In this document: positions 15,201 to 27,958 of the stretch, piece after piece
Position numbering within the stretch: the first letter of the stretch is position 1
Layout of the letters: each line of letters opens with the position of its first letter
From: Acanthaster planci
Taxonomy: Eukaryota
Assembly: GCF_001949145.1 (NCBI RefSeq)
Contig: NW_019091358.1
Location: 3,630,569-3,694,568 of the forward strand
Length of the DNA stretch: 64,000 bases
Direction: 5' to 3'
Translations under genes and position numbers: made by a program
Notes under the pieces: generated by a model
Database searches by the model: none
What the model saw: the letters and a program-made list of their open reading frames with translations, nothing else
What the model was told of the DNA's origin: nothing

Positions 15201-18200
15201 CATAAAAAAAGAACTGAAAGTTCAAGTCTTTCTTCCCATCGAATGTCTTTGATTGATTTTATGCACCCTGCTTACACTTACATTGTATTTTAGACTGATG
15301 TCAACCTGTATTGGATGCTGTGTACATGGAAAGTAAGATTACATGTAACTGTGGTCAGGACCAGGGTTGTAGATCTACATCCAGGGTCAAGATTTTTGTA
15401 ATGATGCAAATTTGAACATTGAATCACTCATGACCATGCTGTGTCTCTCCCCAGATCAAGGCTTGGGCCGTTTTCAAATAATCAACTTCGTCTCCATCTC
15501 AGGCTTCTTGTAGAAACCAATCTCTGATTGTGGGCCTGAAGCGTTTCGCTGAAATTGAAGTACTGTAATGTTTGGCTCTTTTGCATCTTACTTGATGTTT
15601 TGTGGCACTATCAGACTCACTATTGCGCTTACAACCTCAAAGTCAGGAAGTAAAAAACAGTTGAAGCCTGAGACAGAGCCAAAGTCAAGTATTGGAAAAC
15701 GGCCTTGGCTTCACAGGGGTGGGAGTCTGCTTAGATCATGTGACTCACCTCATGACATATATATATTTTAAAAACTATGTTAAACGTTCTTTGCAAACAG
15801 TTCTAGTTTAAAAAAGCTAATGGTCAGATTAGACATGAGCATCAGTCCTTCCATCAGATAAAGTGCCAGCACTTGACTATAATCTGGTCTCCCTGACTCA
15901 AACGGAGTGGTGCTTTGAAAAGACTCAACTCCTGATTGGATCCAAAAACAAAACCTGCATGACATTTAAAGCTGAGTCCCTGGCTGTGATGATAGCTCTG
16001 CATCTACTCTTAGGGCTCCAAGTTGCAAGTTTGGTTTTAATTTCATCAGGAAGCAGGTATTCGCATAACTGTTCGGCCATCAACTTGGAATTAACCTCAT
16101 TATCTGAAGCTCTCCGTCTGTTTTGTGAGAATGACTTGTCTGAAAATTCAAGAGCAAATGCAGGAAGTGTAAAGCATGCAGGATTACAACTGTCAGACAC
16201 ATGCTTGTCACTTGCTCTGTCATTTATGAACACGTGTCCAACATCAGCTTTCTTCCTTGAAAAAGGAAATAAAGTTATTTAAACTTCCTACATTCTGTTC
16301 AGAAATCATCAAGCTAACAGCTTTCACATGCACTATAGCTGAAAATAATATTTTATCTCTTGATAGACGCAATGTATAGGTCTGTCCACATATTGCATTG
16401 TCGTCAGTAAATTCTTGTTAAAAATATTTTTACATAATATGTGGTAATCAAATAGCTTTCACCCAAAAAATGCATGTACTGTATGTGATTCAAAGCTGGC
16501 ATGGCTTCAATTTGTCCTCTCCTCTTCTTTTGGCCCACTCCCACCTTCCCCGCCCTCTTCCTCAAATCACAGAATTCAGCCAGCAGAGGGCCTCGATCAA
16601 ATTAGACACAAAATATGTAGTTTGTGTTGTGAATAAAGAGCCGGAGCTCTTTATTTTGTTTTTCTCCCTCACACGAGTTGCTGGAGCTAATTGGCCATAG
16701 CCACTTTCATCTTGTGGATGCACCATCAATTGATAAAATTGGCGAAACTTGAGCCTCATTGACAACAGGATTGCCGCTTGATTGATGTTAAGCAGTGTGG
16801 TTTCTTTGTATCCCAGGAAAAGAAAGACTGATCTGGTCTCCTGGTATGTTTCACCTGTGGAAATGCTGTTTACAAGAATCTATTTAAAGCTTCTTTTGTT
16901 GTGCCTCCAGCTCCAAGTTTCCACTTTATTTAACTGCTCAGAACAATCTGGATGAGCATTTTACGACCCAATCAAGCATTTAGCAGCTATTTTAGCCCCT
17001 CTCCATTACGAGATTGGGGAGTCTTTGAGCAATCTTGCAATACAAAGCAAGGAAATTACTTGTGTTCAGGTCCTCAACAAATGGTGGAACCACCAACTTC
17101 TTGCCCGAAGCTGTAGATGTTCTACATTGTGTTTGTTTGGAGGCCAAAATGTAAGGAATTTTTATAACTACTGGAGAAGTAAAACCTTGGTTTTTACTGC
17201 CACTGTAAACTGTTTAAACTCTAAGTCAATAATGGACCAGTCAGTTACACTTTACTTAATACACCAGTGTGGTCCATTTTTGTGATTGGTTATGGGTCTG
17301 TACACTTTGAGCATGATTGAATATGAAAAAGAAGAATGTATTAATGCACTTTCTTCTTGGGGGTATGTGGAAATTCAGGAGAAATTGCCCCTAAAGTAAA
17401 AGCTGATTGCTGAATTTTGGTAGATACTGTGATAAACATTTGTGGATGTGAAGGTTGGGTGGTTTAACTCCTTTTTTGGGCGGGGGGTGTTTCTGGAGTT
17501 TTATAACAAGCCTCAGCAAATCATGCAGCTGAGGAATCATGCGGTGTAAAAGCTGTTGAACTAATATTCAAATAAATTCCAGCAGTCAACAGTAGTAATT
17601 TAAGTTCTAGAACTTATGTACATTTGTGTGCTTTTCTTACAGTTCCATTTTTGTGGTTGAAGACTCAGTTGTCATTGTAGGTTCACATACATTCTCCACG
17701 CTTCCTGCTGTGTATGTATTCTGCTTCTCCTTGCTATAGTCAACGGCACCAAAACAATTTTCAAAAGTGAGGGGCCAGTTAAGAGACCATCAGGCATCAG
17801 CCATTAAAATGCAGATCCATTAAGCCCCACCCCATTAAAGGACCAGCCAAATGTGGGGGGAAGGGGCATGTCTCCCCCCATCAAAAAAGAGAGGGGCTGT
17901 AGGCATTTTTTTAAAAATGCCTCTGTTGCAGAGCATTGCTCTTTAATTTTATACTTTTTTGATCATTTTTGTTTAGTTTTCATTTTACTTTATTGGACTT
18001 ACAACAAGTTAAATCAATGATGACGGCTAACCATCAAACACACGTATGCTACAGTCTGTGATGTTTAAACTTGTCCAGTTGACTATTTGAATCAATCTTC
18101 CAAGCTGGACTGTATTTTATGAGTTAGGACACACCATGCCAAGCCAGCATTTGACCATAAATTGGCCAAAAGCTTTTGCATTTCACAAATCCCAAAATAA

Positions 18201-21200
18201 TTTCAGACAGTACTTTTTATTCAATGTTGATATTCACCATTGGTCGATATCAGACTTGATTCAGCGAACACCAGTAAGGAATTCGGTGAGTTTTTGTTTT
18301 GTTTGGTTTTGCTTTGTTTTCACCAAGAAATCTAATACCATTAGACCATTAGACCTTTAAACTGAAGTAAATTCTTGGCCAAGATCTTCATCAGGTTCCT
18401 CCTGGAATGTGGGTACACTGCACAGGTTACCCTTCAGTAAATAAATAAGCAATAAATTCAATGGGTCTTTCGTTTAACCCTTTTTTTTTAAATATAAAGA
18501 TAGGAATTTTTAGGTGTTTTAATTCCAGGCAAAACATATACAAACTTCTGCCATTCCGGCTGATCAAGGGGGTGGTATATATCATCAGACAACTCAACAT
18601 TTGAATGAACAAGAGAAGATGGACAAAGCGACAGTTGTAACAAGGACAAGTCATGCAGAATGTTTGGCAGATTATCAGGTCAGAGAGAAAAGATCTGAGG
18701 TTGTCATCCCTCAATTTGATGAAAACCACAGATGTCGGATCCCCTTTTCAGTCTTAAATGGGGATATGGTCACTACCCAAGAAAGAGACAGTGGTAATAG
18801 ACAGAGCAATAAGGGATTGGGGGAGAGAAAGAATTCATTGTGTCCATTCACTCACAAATTTTGCAACATGTTACAAATGAAACAAATTCTGGAAAATATC
18901 ACTGACTTTCCTTTCACCACGTTAATAGTAGCACTCAAATGCATTGAGTGCGGGCAGATGAAAGGACAACTTGTGCTCGTTAAGAGATTCAACAAGGACT
19001 CAGAGAAACTTTTTCATTATTAACGAAGAATGAAATGACGTGTATCAAAATGGTGGGCTGTTGAGTGATTTCAGCGGCACATGTATGGAAATATAGCATA
19101 TAATGCAATTTTGGTTGAATGCAGACTTGCATGTACATGTAATTTGAGTGCCGTTATTACCTGCAGTGGTTAAGATCTGCCACCCAATGTTGTGTATTGC
19201 CTAGTGCTGTTGAACATGAAGGGACAATTGTTTTTCCCCCGAGTCCTGGAAGCACCGGTCGATTGAGCAAAAAGGAACATTAGCTAAACCAGGGCCCAAT
19301 TTCATGGCACTGCTTACCGCAAACAGAAAATTGGCACTTACTATAGCAGAAAATTCTGTGCATATGACGAACGTATTTCATCCTGTAACTAAGGCTTGTG
19401 CGCTTAAAAGGTTAGCACAGAATTTTTCTGCTTGCGCGGTTAGCGCAGAATGGAGATTGTGAGCATAGCATTTTGCAGTAAGCAGCGCCATGAAATTGGG
19501 CCCAGGAGTCAAACCAACAAACTTCCTCATCATGCTATGTCTGTGCACCACCAGCCAAATTCTGTTAGTTAGCATTCTATCCATAGATTGGTTGCACCAG
19601 TCGTACAGTTGCCTCACTTTGAACTGGCATATAGAGGGATTTCACATTAGCGCCGTAAGAGCATATCTGCATCAAAACCGAGGCTCTCTGTGTTGAACTT
19701 CGTCGCGCGCCCGCGAAGTCCACACAGTACATGGAGTATCCAGTTCGTAAGTGTGATGCCACTTCAGTTTAAACCACGCCCACTGTAAAAGATACACGAC
19801 CATCGCAGGTACCTTACTTCGCGGTCAATTGTCGCTATTTTTCTTTGGATTTTACGTGTCGAGTGTTCCTGAAAGACTCTTCCACAAACATTTTTAGCCT
19901 GGAAAGTCTGAATTTAACATACCTTTATGTATTTTGTGTCTTGACTCCTTACTTTCAAGCGTCTGATAATATTAAGAATTGAAGCTGACACATACAGCCT
20001 TGTTTTCAAACGCAGAAGTGCGCAGATCGACGCTAAAAGCGTTGTATTTGGATCCCTCTATTGTGGGTGTGAAATCCGTGATTTAACTGCAAAGTGGCAG
20101 TTCTAGTGTTCCTCTCATTACTTATTCTTTCATTGCATCATGCTGAACAGCGGTAGCTTCTGCAAGCTGGCATCATGCAACAAGTTGTGATACTGCAGAG
20201 TACAGTTAATTACCAGCATCAGCAAGATTTGCAAACCTCAGCAGGTGTTTGTTTGGGATCACTCAAAGAAGATGTGTAGTCTCTGGAAGTGCCACACTTG
20301 CACATGTCATGTTTTAAAACATGGAGACAGAAATGTTTCTACCAGTCTTAACATTTTTCCACAAAGCCAATGAGAGTTTTTGTTAGTTTTCAGATCATTT
20401 TTCATTTGTTTTTGTAACTGACTGTTATTCCCTGGTATTCTTTTGATCTATGAGACACAAATCTTCCCAGGTGGTGATGTGGAAGACCACAGACAAAAGC
20501 CATCATTTATGGTCTTATATACATGTACATGTATACCAACGCCTAAACCACGTATATTTTTGTTCAAATATGCATCTTGCGTTGTCTGCAAAACAGGGGA
20601 AAATGCGTGATAAACGTGCCACAAATCAAGTAATACACGCGGTCGTAAATTTTCACAAATCTGCAAAGAGGTCAGGTCCATGTGTATTGGTCTTGAGACA
20701 CCTTCCAGACATCACAGATATCAGTGCAAGAAATAGCCAGCGAATATCAACACCAAAAACCAAAAATATCTTCATCACCTCAGCAGTTGGTGATAAATCT
20801 GGGCCCCTTGTCAAATAAAACGTCTGCTCAGACCTCCTTTGCCTGGAAATAATGGCCCCGTCCACAGTTTCCGTGCGGCATCTGTACAGTTTTCCTTTCT
20901 AATTACTTCTGTGAGCAGTGCAGTAAAGCACGCAGCCTGCGATGGTTGTTTTTTCACGGATGAGCAGCATTTCGTTTCACACCTTGAGGAGAGCGGCGTC
21001 GGCCCCCTGTTCAGTCTGTTCGGCAACCTCTTTTTTTCTCCCTACGACTCCTTCGAAATGCCGCGAGACTCTTTTGTAAACATTTGGATTGAAAAATGAA
21101 GCCATTTATTTGGACAGCCAGTGTAATCCACACTGCTTGAGCCATAATCAGTTGAACATTATGGTCGGGTCTGGCACAGCTAATCTGAAATCCATCTTTC

Positions 21201-24199
21201 ACCCAAATGGTCTCCTCTTTGTTGCTGGTGTATCAGATATCCACTAATCCATCAGGTTTCTGGTAGTAGGTGATATAAATGATTTAATTATAAATGATCT
21301 TCACCTTAGATTACCAGAGCTAGCTGTACTTTTTTGAAAAGTAAAGTCAACGTCAGTGACATCCACTCTCAGTCAAGCTCTAAGAAAGGACAATCTTAAC
21401 TTTGTTTTATCTTGTGCTGAGGGGGGCCTTTTTGACCAAACTTTCTGGAAATATACAATGTAAAAACTAGCCAAAGTGGTATGCTTGTAGAATTCAAGAG
21501 AAAGAGATAAACAGATTGAAAGGCAGGAGTGGCTTTTTTCTGGATCACAACCCTTTTTTAGACATCAAAGGCAGGAGAAAAGGACAAAATGTTGGACAGC
21601 CTTATTCTGTCTTGAAACAGAACTGACGAATCGCAAATGTTCAACTGAGTTACTTTTCTCCTTTAACAGTGTGTTGTGTGTAGTGCACTAAATGTCAATA
21701 GACTTATGACATAAGGACGTCCTGCTTTGTTTACATGTGCACTTTCTTATGGCGTGGAGGTAGGATATTGGGAGCCCCCCCCCTCCCGAAAAGACACACA
21801 TGTAAACAAAGCGTGACATCATTATGTTAAGGTGTATTGTCATGTTTGATGCGAGTGCACAGTTTAACTTGTTTGGAAATCTGCACATGTACATCATTAT
21901 TGTGAGGACCCAAATGGTTGTTTGGACGAACCTCACAACTCAGTCTCAATTTTCCCATCAGTAAAACTCTCTCTCGCAGTTTCATATTCCAGTACGGAAA
22001 TCCCCCCCCAAGTGACCATTCCACATGACTTCCCAACACCACCTGTGATGCAGATTTCCCCCCAATAGATTTTACTCATCCAAAAGTAGGCTCCAGTGCA
22101 AACACACATCATTCATAACCAATTTGTGGCATCCGGGAGACAACATCCACATGGGAAGGGGTACAATCTTTTCCCCCAGAGGACGAGGCCTTCATGAAGT
22201 ATAATTTCCTGTACATTTGCTCGCAGACTGCAATTTTAGCCCTCCCCCTGCATCTCCTTAACCCCCCTCCCCATCAAATCTGAGAGAATGTGATGAGTTC
22301 ACATATCTTGATTCCTGCATCTTGGCACTGAGTTTTTTCTACTTACTGTTAGCAACAGTTGTCCTAAGTCTCTCTACCCTTCCCAGCTGAGTCATTCTCA
22401 AGCTCTGTACCTGCGACTTAGCCGGCTTGGGTCGGTTCCTGCACAGTGTCAGCAAGGTTGACAGCTTCGCAACAGTTGAACTATCGTTTCAACCCCAGTG
22501 AACTATTGCAAGAAGTGACAGAGGCGAGCTGGGATTGGTTGTTTTTACAAAGGCACACCTGCCTGTTGACCCCAGATGACCCCTCCCTCACCTGACACCC
22601 CCCCCACAAATAATCCAAGCCCATTAGGACATTTCCTCTCTTCATAATCTCATAATTTGCCACAGATTTGAAAATACATGTGTAATTTGAGAGAAATCTC
22701 CCAGTGCTGAGGGTATCCCTCTTGCTGTGCCTCAGTTGTAGCAGGTAATTTGTCCTTTGGGACAAGTGTGACTTCCCTACAAGCTAATTGCATACAAGTG
22801 AGAATATCTGTGTTGGAAATTCTGGAAGCAATTTCACAGACAAGTATTACAACTCGGCATGCAGTACATCTGATGCTTTCTATTTAACACCATGTTAACG
22901 GATCTGTCCTAGGCATAGGGGACGGTCGCAGAGCAAGGATTTTTTACGAGGGGCACTGGCATTGCATCGAGCAACTGATTCACAGGTTCACTGTAATTTG
23001 CAGCTTAATATATACATGGACATGCACCACTGTTGTACAGGCAAGCTTGGAATTTATTTGGGGGTGCATCGCCGGGAATTGTCCCACCTCCCTCAAACTA
23101 GGAAGGGGAGGGGAAGATGGGAGCACAAAGGAGGAATCCCTGTGAGCATGGTGTTCACTGCTCATCCAAGTCAGGCTCCTAAAAATTAAAGTCTTCAGAT
23201 TTACATCATGAATTCTTGGAGGCAACTGCTGGATGGTACAAGAAGTTGTGTTGACATATGTATTGTGTTTAGGGAGATGGTAACTTAAAACTGACCGTTT
23301 ACTAAGCAATAATATTCCAGCCAGCACCTAAGGTCCAGCTTGGGCCACTTGAACCTTTGCTTTGAACCTTAATGTTCTGGTTATAATTAATCTTGCTTTT
23401 GGTGCACTGGTCTCATCAACATGGAGTTGAAGCTTTTAGTGCAGAACATGCATATTGTAGAAAATATCAAGAATATCATTTGTGTCTCAGAAACTAATTA
23501 AAAATGTCCTATGTCGTCCTAAATTTTAGCCGTTAGATATTACAAACAGACCATTGGTTGCTAGCAACTTGAAACTGGGGCAATGAGAAATATTTTCCTG
23601 CTTTGAATCTTCAGTGTTAGACAGGCAAATCTCGAAGCACTGCAACCAGTTGCTCTTAGCCTAATCAATTTCTTAAACCTGCATTTTAAACTAAAGTTAT
23701 ATTTTGTGTTCCTTTTCCCCCTCTCCAGACAATTGACACTAATATGAGAGTCAAGTGCAAGTGTCATGGTGTATCCGGCACCTGTACCTCTAAGGTGTGT
23801 TGGAACACGATGCCTAAACTCGAGGAAGTTGGCCAGATTGTCTTCAACAAGTACGAGAATGCCAAATTCATGACGTACTCCAGGAAGCGGCGCCGGTTAC
23901 GCCCCAACCGCAAGGACCCGTCCAGCCGCCGCAAACCGGCCAACACGGACCTGGTCTACCTGGCCGCCTCGGTGGACTATTGCGAGCCCAACAAGAAGCA
24001 TGGGTCAGTGGGCACCCACGGCCGGCTTTGCAACAAGACCAGTACAAGCGAGAACGGCTGCCCGCTGCTGTGCTGCGGCCGGGGCTACCAGACCATGGTG
24101 CGGAAGTCGCGAGGCAACTGCAACTGTCGCTTCGAGTGGTGCTGTGAGGTGGTCTGTGAGACGTGCCTGCTGTCGGAAGAGCTGCACATTTGTAACTGA
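12204..24199 (+). CDS. WntA: Wnt ligand, 5'-partial (last two coding exons 12204-12493 and 23729-24199); most similar to the WntA subfamily
   Basis: First exon follows ttttgcag, reads GNQEMAFLQG..VTRACGSG..ECGC..WAWGGCSDNIRYG..HNYEAGLK, donor gtagat at 12494. Last exon follows ctctccag, reads TIDTNMRVKCKCHGVSGTCTSKVCW..DLVYL..DYC..GTHGRLCNKTS..LLCCGRGY..CNCRFEWCCEVVC..HICN*. Phase 0 joins. Wnt family is certain. The WntA assignment rests on recalled motifs (CKCHGVSG.C..K.CW, basic RRLRP linker, HxCN end) and is about 0.6. No upstream RWNC exon was found in 1-12203. Confidence 0.93.
19293..19502. mobile_element. MITE, PIF/Harbinger-like (CAG TSD)
   Basis: Approx. 30-bp TIRs ggcccaatttcatggcactgcttaccgcaaa / tttgcagtaagcagcgccatgaaattgggcc, flanked by CAG at 19290-19292 and 19503-19505. 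Confidence 0.85.
19631..20061. mobile_element. Non-autonomous DNA element with short TIRs (atagagggat..atccctctat)
   Basis: 10-bp terminal inverted repeat and CpG-rich interior; contains an approx. 50-bp segment shared with the MITE at 55193. Confidence 0.5.
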
Positions 24200-27100
24200 A
24201 ACCCCTGTGCACAGGAACATTATGTTATAAAAAGCACAAAACATCTTGTGACAGATGGCCATTGTGTTGAACTCGGTTACAAGCACTTGATGCGGAATTC
24301 CGCTAACGTGACTTACATTTCACTGCCATTTCAAGAGCCATCTTGGATTTATACTATGACGGAGGAAGTTGGAGTACAAAGTTTTGGCTTAATAACTGAA
24401 TTTGGATGAAATGAAGTAGACATCTAGCTTTCAAGAGTCACAGAGGGAAATCTTCACATAAGAGATTTAGCTGCTGACAAAGAACCAAACCACTAAATTT
24501 CAAACACTTTCTGCTGCTTTGCACACCCTTTATTTGATCTTCTCTATTCATGGACCTCCGTGGAATATATGTGGCACCGATAAACCATCTTGCAACTGAA
24601 TTGGCCAGAGATGAACTGTTGCACCTTACTGTGGAAAGAAGGGATGGATCAGACAATTGGAGCCTATTAACGAGAAAACATAAATAATGCAGGAACAAGA
24701 CCTTGTTCACAGTACAGTGCACCACTATAAGAAGGTACCACAGAGAGGCCAAGTTTCACTGTCAGGAATGCTTAACAGCCATGCCAAATTGTATTTGTTT
24801 TACGCAAGGAGTAGGCAGTTGTTCCATTGTTTCTATGCCTGTGTGAGAATAATGACCTAGCTGGTGAACCTTCCAAATTCTCTCGTGTTTACCAAGTGTA
24901 AACAATCAAGAACTTGTGATATAGGTTTCATTTGTTATGTTGAAAAGAGAAACCTCAGAGGTAAATTTGCTAGTCTACGGCACTCTGTGATGTGCATCAC
25001 TCCTATACTGGTAGGTCCATCTTTGTCACCGTTGAAGTTCACGCCTGTTAGTGTTTACAAACTGAAGTATGGCAGGTCTTCACCGCAGACACAAAAAGAA
25101 TCTGTCTGGAGTAGAAGCATCAGTTGAAAAGAGCCATGTCGGTGGGGAGTGTTCATTTTGTTGGTAGCGATGCAACCATAACACGTGCATTTCTTTCTTG
25201 GACCAACAAAGTGCAGTTGGTAAGAAAATTTTGCCCTCTCTTGGCCCAACTGGGGGCTCATAGGCCTAATTTACAAAGCATTTAAAAATTTCACACAATT
25301 ATCAGGATTCCAAATAAATAAGGTTACTGCTAAACAATACACCAGAGTACTTTTTTCTTTAAAGGTAATGGGGCAAATAGGTGCTTTAAAAGGTAAACCC
25401 GTTACCAACTAGGGTTGAACTTTCTGCTGATTTTTGCTGTCTATACAAAATGGTTGTCAGCAAGAGGAAGGTCATTGGTGTGGTTATGCAAGAAGATGGG
25501 ATGACATGGCAGTGTTGTTTGTTTACTCTTTTTGTTTTTGTTGTTTCTTTTACTATTATGATTCACTCTGTCCCCACATCCTTGAAACTTTGAAACTTGC
25601 TTGCAAAAAAAAAAGTGATTAACCAAGCAGAAACACAGACTGCAGTTACTAAAATCTATACTTTCAGCAAAAGCGTCTTTCATGCGTTAATACAAATTTG
25701 GCTTTTGTATATAAACATTTTTGTTTGTTGTTTGTTGATAGTGTGTAAGGATTATAAATGTGTACAGGTGAAACTTAGCGGACGCATGCATATTTCATTT
25801 TATTCATCAGGGTACTGGCAGTATTCTTGAATATCAGTTTCCAAGCAAAATTGCTGTTCTGAAAATTATTGGATCTTGGATTTTCTTTTTTTTTTAACGG
25901 TAGACATTAAGAGAGTCTGGAGTGGTCAGTGAATTTTTAAATTGGATCCCTTTCTTGTGGGTAAATTCTTAATAGTCAAAATTAATGAGTGCCTTAAAAT
26001 ACAACATAAACATTAAAAAATTAATTATACATTGTATGCCTTATCAAACCACACAAAGGTTTGTTACTTGTCTCTGTTCTGACTTCCAGTTCACACTTGT
26101 GAGAAAAATTTTGTAGATTTTGACGTCTGCTTTATATGGATGTCATCCTGAATTCCTAGGCACATAGGCCTACTTCAATTCATTGTCTCTATTGGCATAT
26201 CACATTTTGAACACACTTGGCTGGAGGCCACATTTTATTTTTGGACAGTGTTACCTGTTTGCTTGTGTTATAAATATCATGCATTGTATGCTGTAAGGAA
26301 TTGATATTTTACAGTAATTGAGCAAATGTAATTAATGTATCTGAAGCATGTACAAATGAGGAAATTTGTCAAAATTGCGGTTTGACTGGCGAATGTGTTG
26401 GAGATGCATGCACACGCTGATGCAGTTCCAGTGGTACGACAGACGTACTACCACATTTTTTTTGGACAAAATTTGGCCAATTACTTTTAGACAAAATTCA
26501 CAGTTTGGCCACCCCCCCAAATCCCCAGACCCAAGACCTAGATACACCATTGCAGAGTACCAACATAAGAAGATGCACGGACCTGTCCAAATTTCAAGCT
26601 CTCATTTCGGCACATGAATTTGCTAAAATGTACATCAATTTGAATGTGTAATTTGAAACTCAAGTTTGAGACTTTCCCATGACAGAATTTTGTTTAAATT
26701 TGTGCTTGTTGTCCCCATCCACAACATTACAAAAATCGTAGGTGTAATTACAAGTGCCCATGATCGAAAACATAAGCTATCATATTATTATATTATGGTT
26801 ATGTTGTGTCTCATCAGACATCTATGTGCATATCTGTTGATTCAAAGCAAACTTACAGGTATTTTATTAACTACTAGAATGAGGAGACATCATTACTTCA
26901 GTGTTTTTACCTGCACTGTTCATAAAACAAAACATTGTAAGATTTTGTTTTCGCCCTTGTAAATATATATACACTGTATGTTATTTAATTATTTTACAAT
27001 GATCATGTAACCTACAATTATTCAAAACAGGTGCCTTGAACATACAATGTGCTTATCCGCATGATATTTTGTATTATATATGTAATAGGCTGCTATTGTA

Positions 27101-27280
27101 TGTTCTTGCCTAGGGAACTTTTTTGTGGTGTTTTTGTTGCTTTTGATTGGAAATAATGAAAGAATATGGCAGAGGTATTATAATGCAAGTATCAGATGTG
27201 TACAGTTGTTGAAATAGCTCAAACTCTGAAGATGACATTATTTTGGCGGATGGTACAATAAATTAATGCGACATCATACA
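24200..27280 (+). other. Putative long WntA 3' UTR
   Basis: T-rich plus strand after the stop; AATAAA at 25313 and 27257-27262; Pumilio-type TGTANATA at 25706 and 26958. The end point is inferred. Confidence 0.45.
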
Positions 27281-27734
27281 AATGATGAACTGACTTTTCT
27301 CTAGCTTTAATATCAAATCATTCCCCCCCCCCAACAAAAAAAATGAAGGGGAGAGGGGGTGTGTGATATCACTAGAGTGGCTGATACTACTAGATATTAC
27401 TATTACTAGAGCTTTTCCAGTAATATCTTGTGATCAAATTGACAACAATTGTGTGAAACCTTAACGCTTGTTTCACACAAATGCTCATTTTTCCCAAGAC
27501 TGGTCAGCCAACAATGTCAACTTTTCTCATTGATATACTCCCAGACACACACGAGGCAATGAACTATAAATGACCATACTAACAAAACCCTGTGTTGGAC
27601 TGGATTGAAACTTGAAATGTATTGAAGTATACTTGTAATGAGGGTGATTCCATGCATGGTATGTTGGAAAAAGATCAAGCATGCGACATGCACCCATGAA
27701 ATAGTCCAAAAAAGCTGGACTCTTTTAAGGTTAA

Positions 27735-27958
27735 CCCTAACCCACCTCAATCCTCCAAAATCCTCTGAATGGGCTTTGATAATTTTAAGAGATTGAGGAT
27801 GACTGATGATTTGAACATTGGAGGACTTTAGAGGATTGAGGATGAATGGTGATAGAAGCATGGAGGATTTTGGAGGATTGAGGACAGATGCTGATTTAAA
27901 AGATGGATTTTGGAGGATTGGGGATGTGCCCTAGTAAAAAGGTCCTAATGGGTTAGGG
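27735..27958. mobile_element. MITE, piggyBac-like (TTAA TSD, CCCTAACCC..GGGTTAGGG ends) with internal gaggatt repeats
   Basis: ttaa|ccctaaccc at 27731 and gggttaggg|ttaa ending at 27962; subterminal ctcaatcctccaaaatcctc is inverted relative to the ggaggattttggaggattgagg copies. Confidence 0.75.

Noticed and set aside
18601..19023. 140-aa plus-strand ORF in the Wnt intron
   Set aside because: Non-ATG start, no domain, no convincing splice sites; the two Wnt exons already join in phase.
20811..21100. GC-richer patch with short ORFs on both strands in the Wnt intron
   Set aside because: All frames are short with no domain; may be regulatory, but the sequence alone does not support a call.
23764..24286. 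Antisense and alternative-frame ORFs over Wnt and ATP5F1A exons
   Set aside because: Expected shadows of GC3-rich coding sequence.
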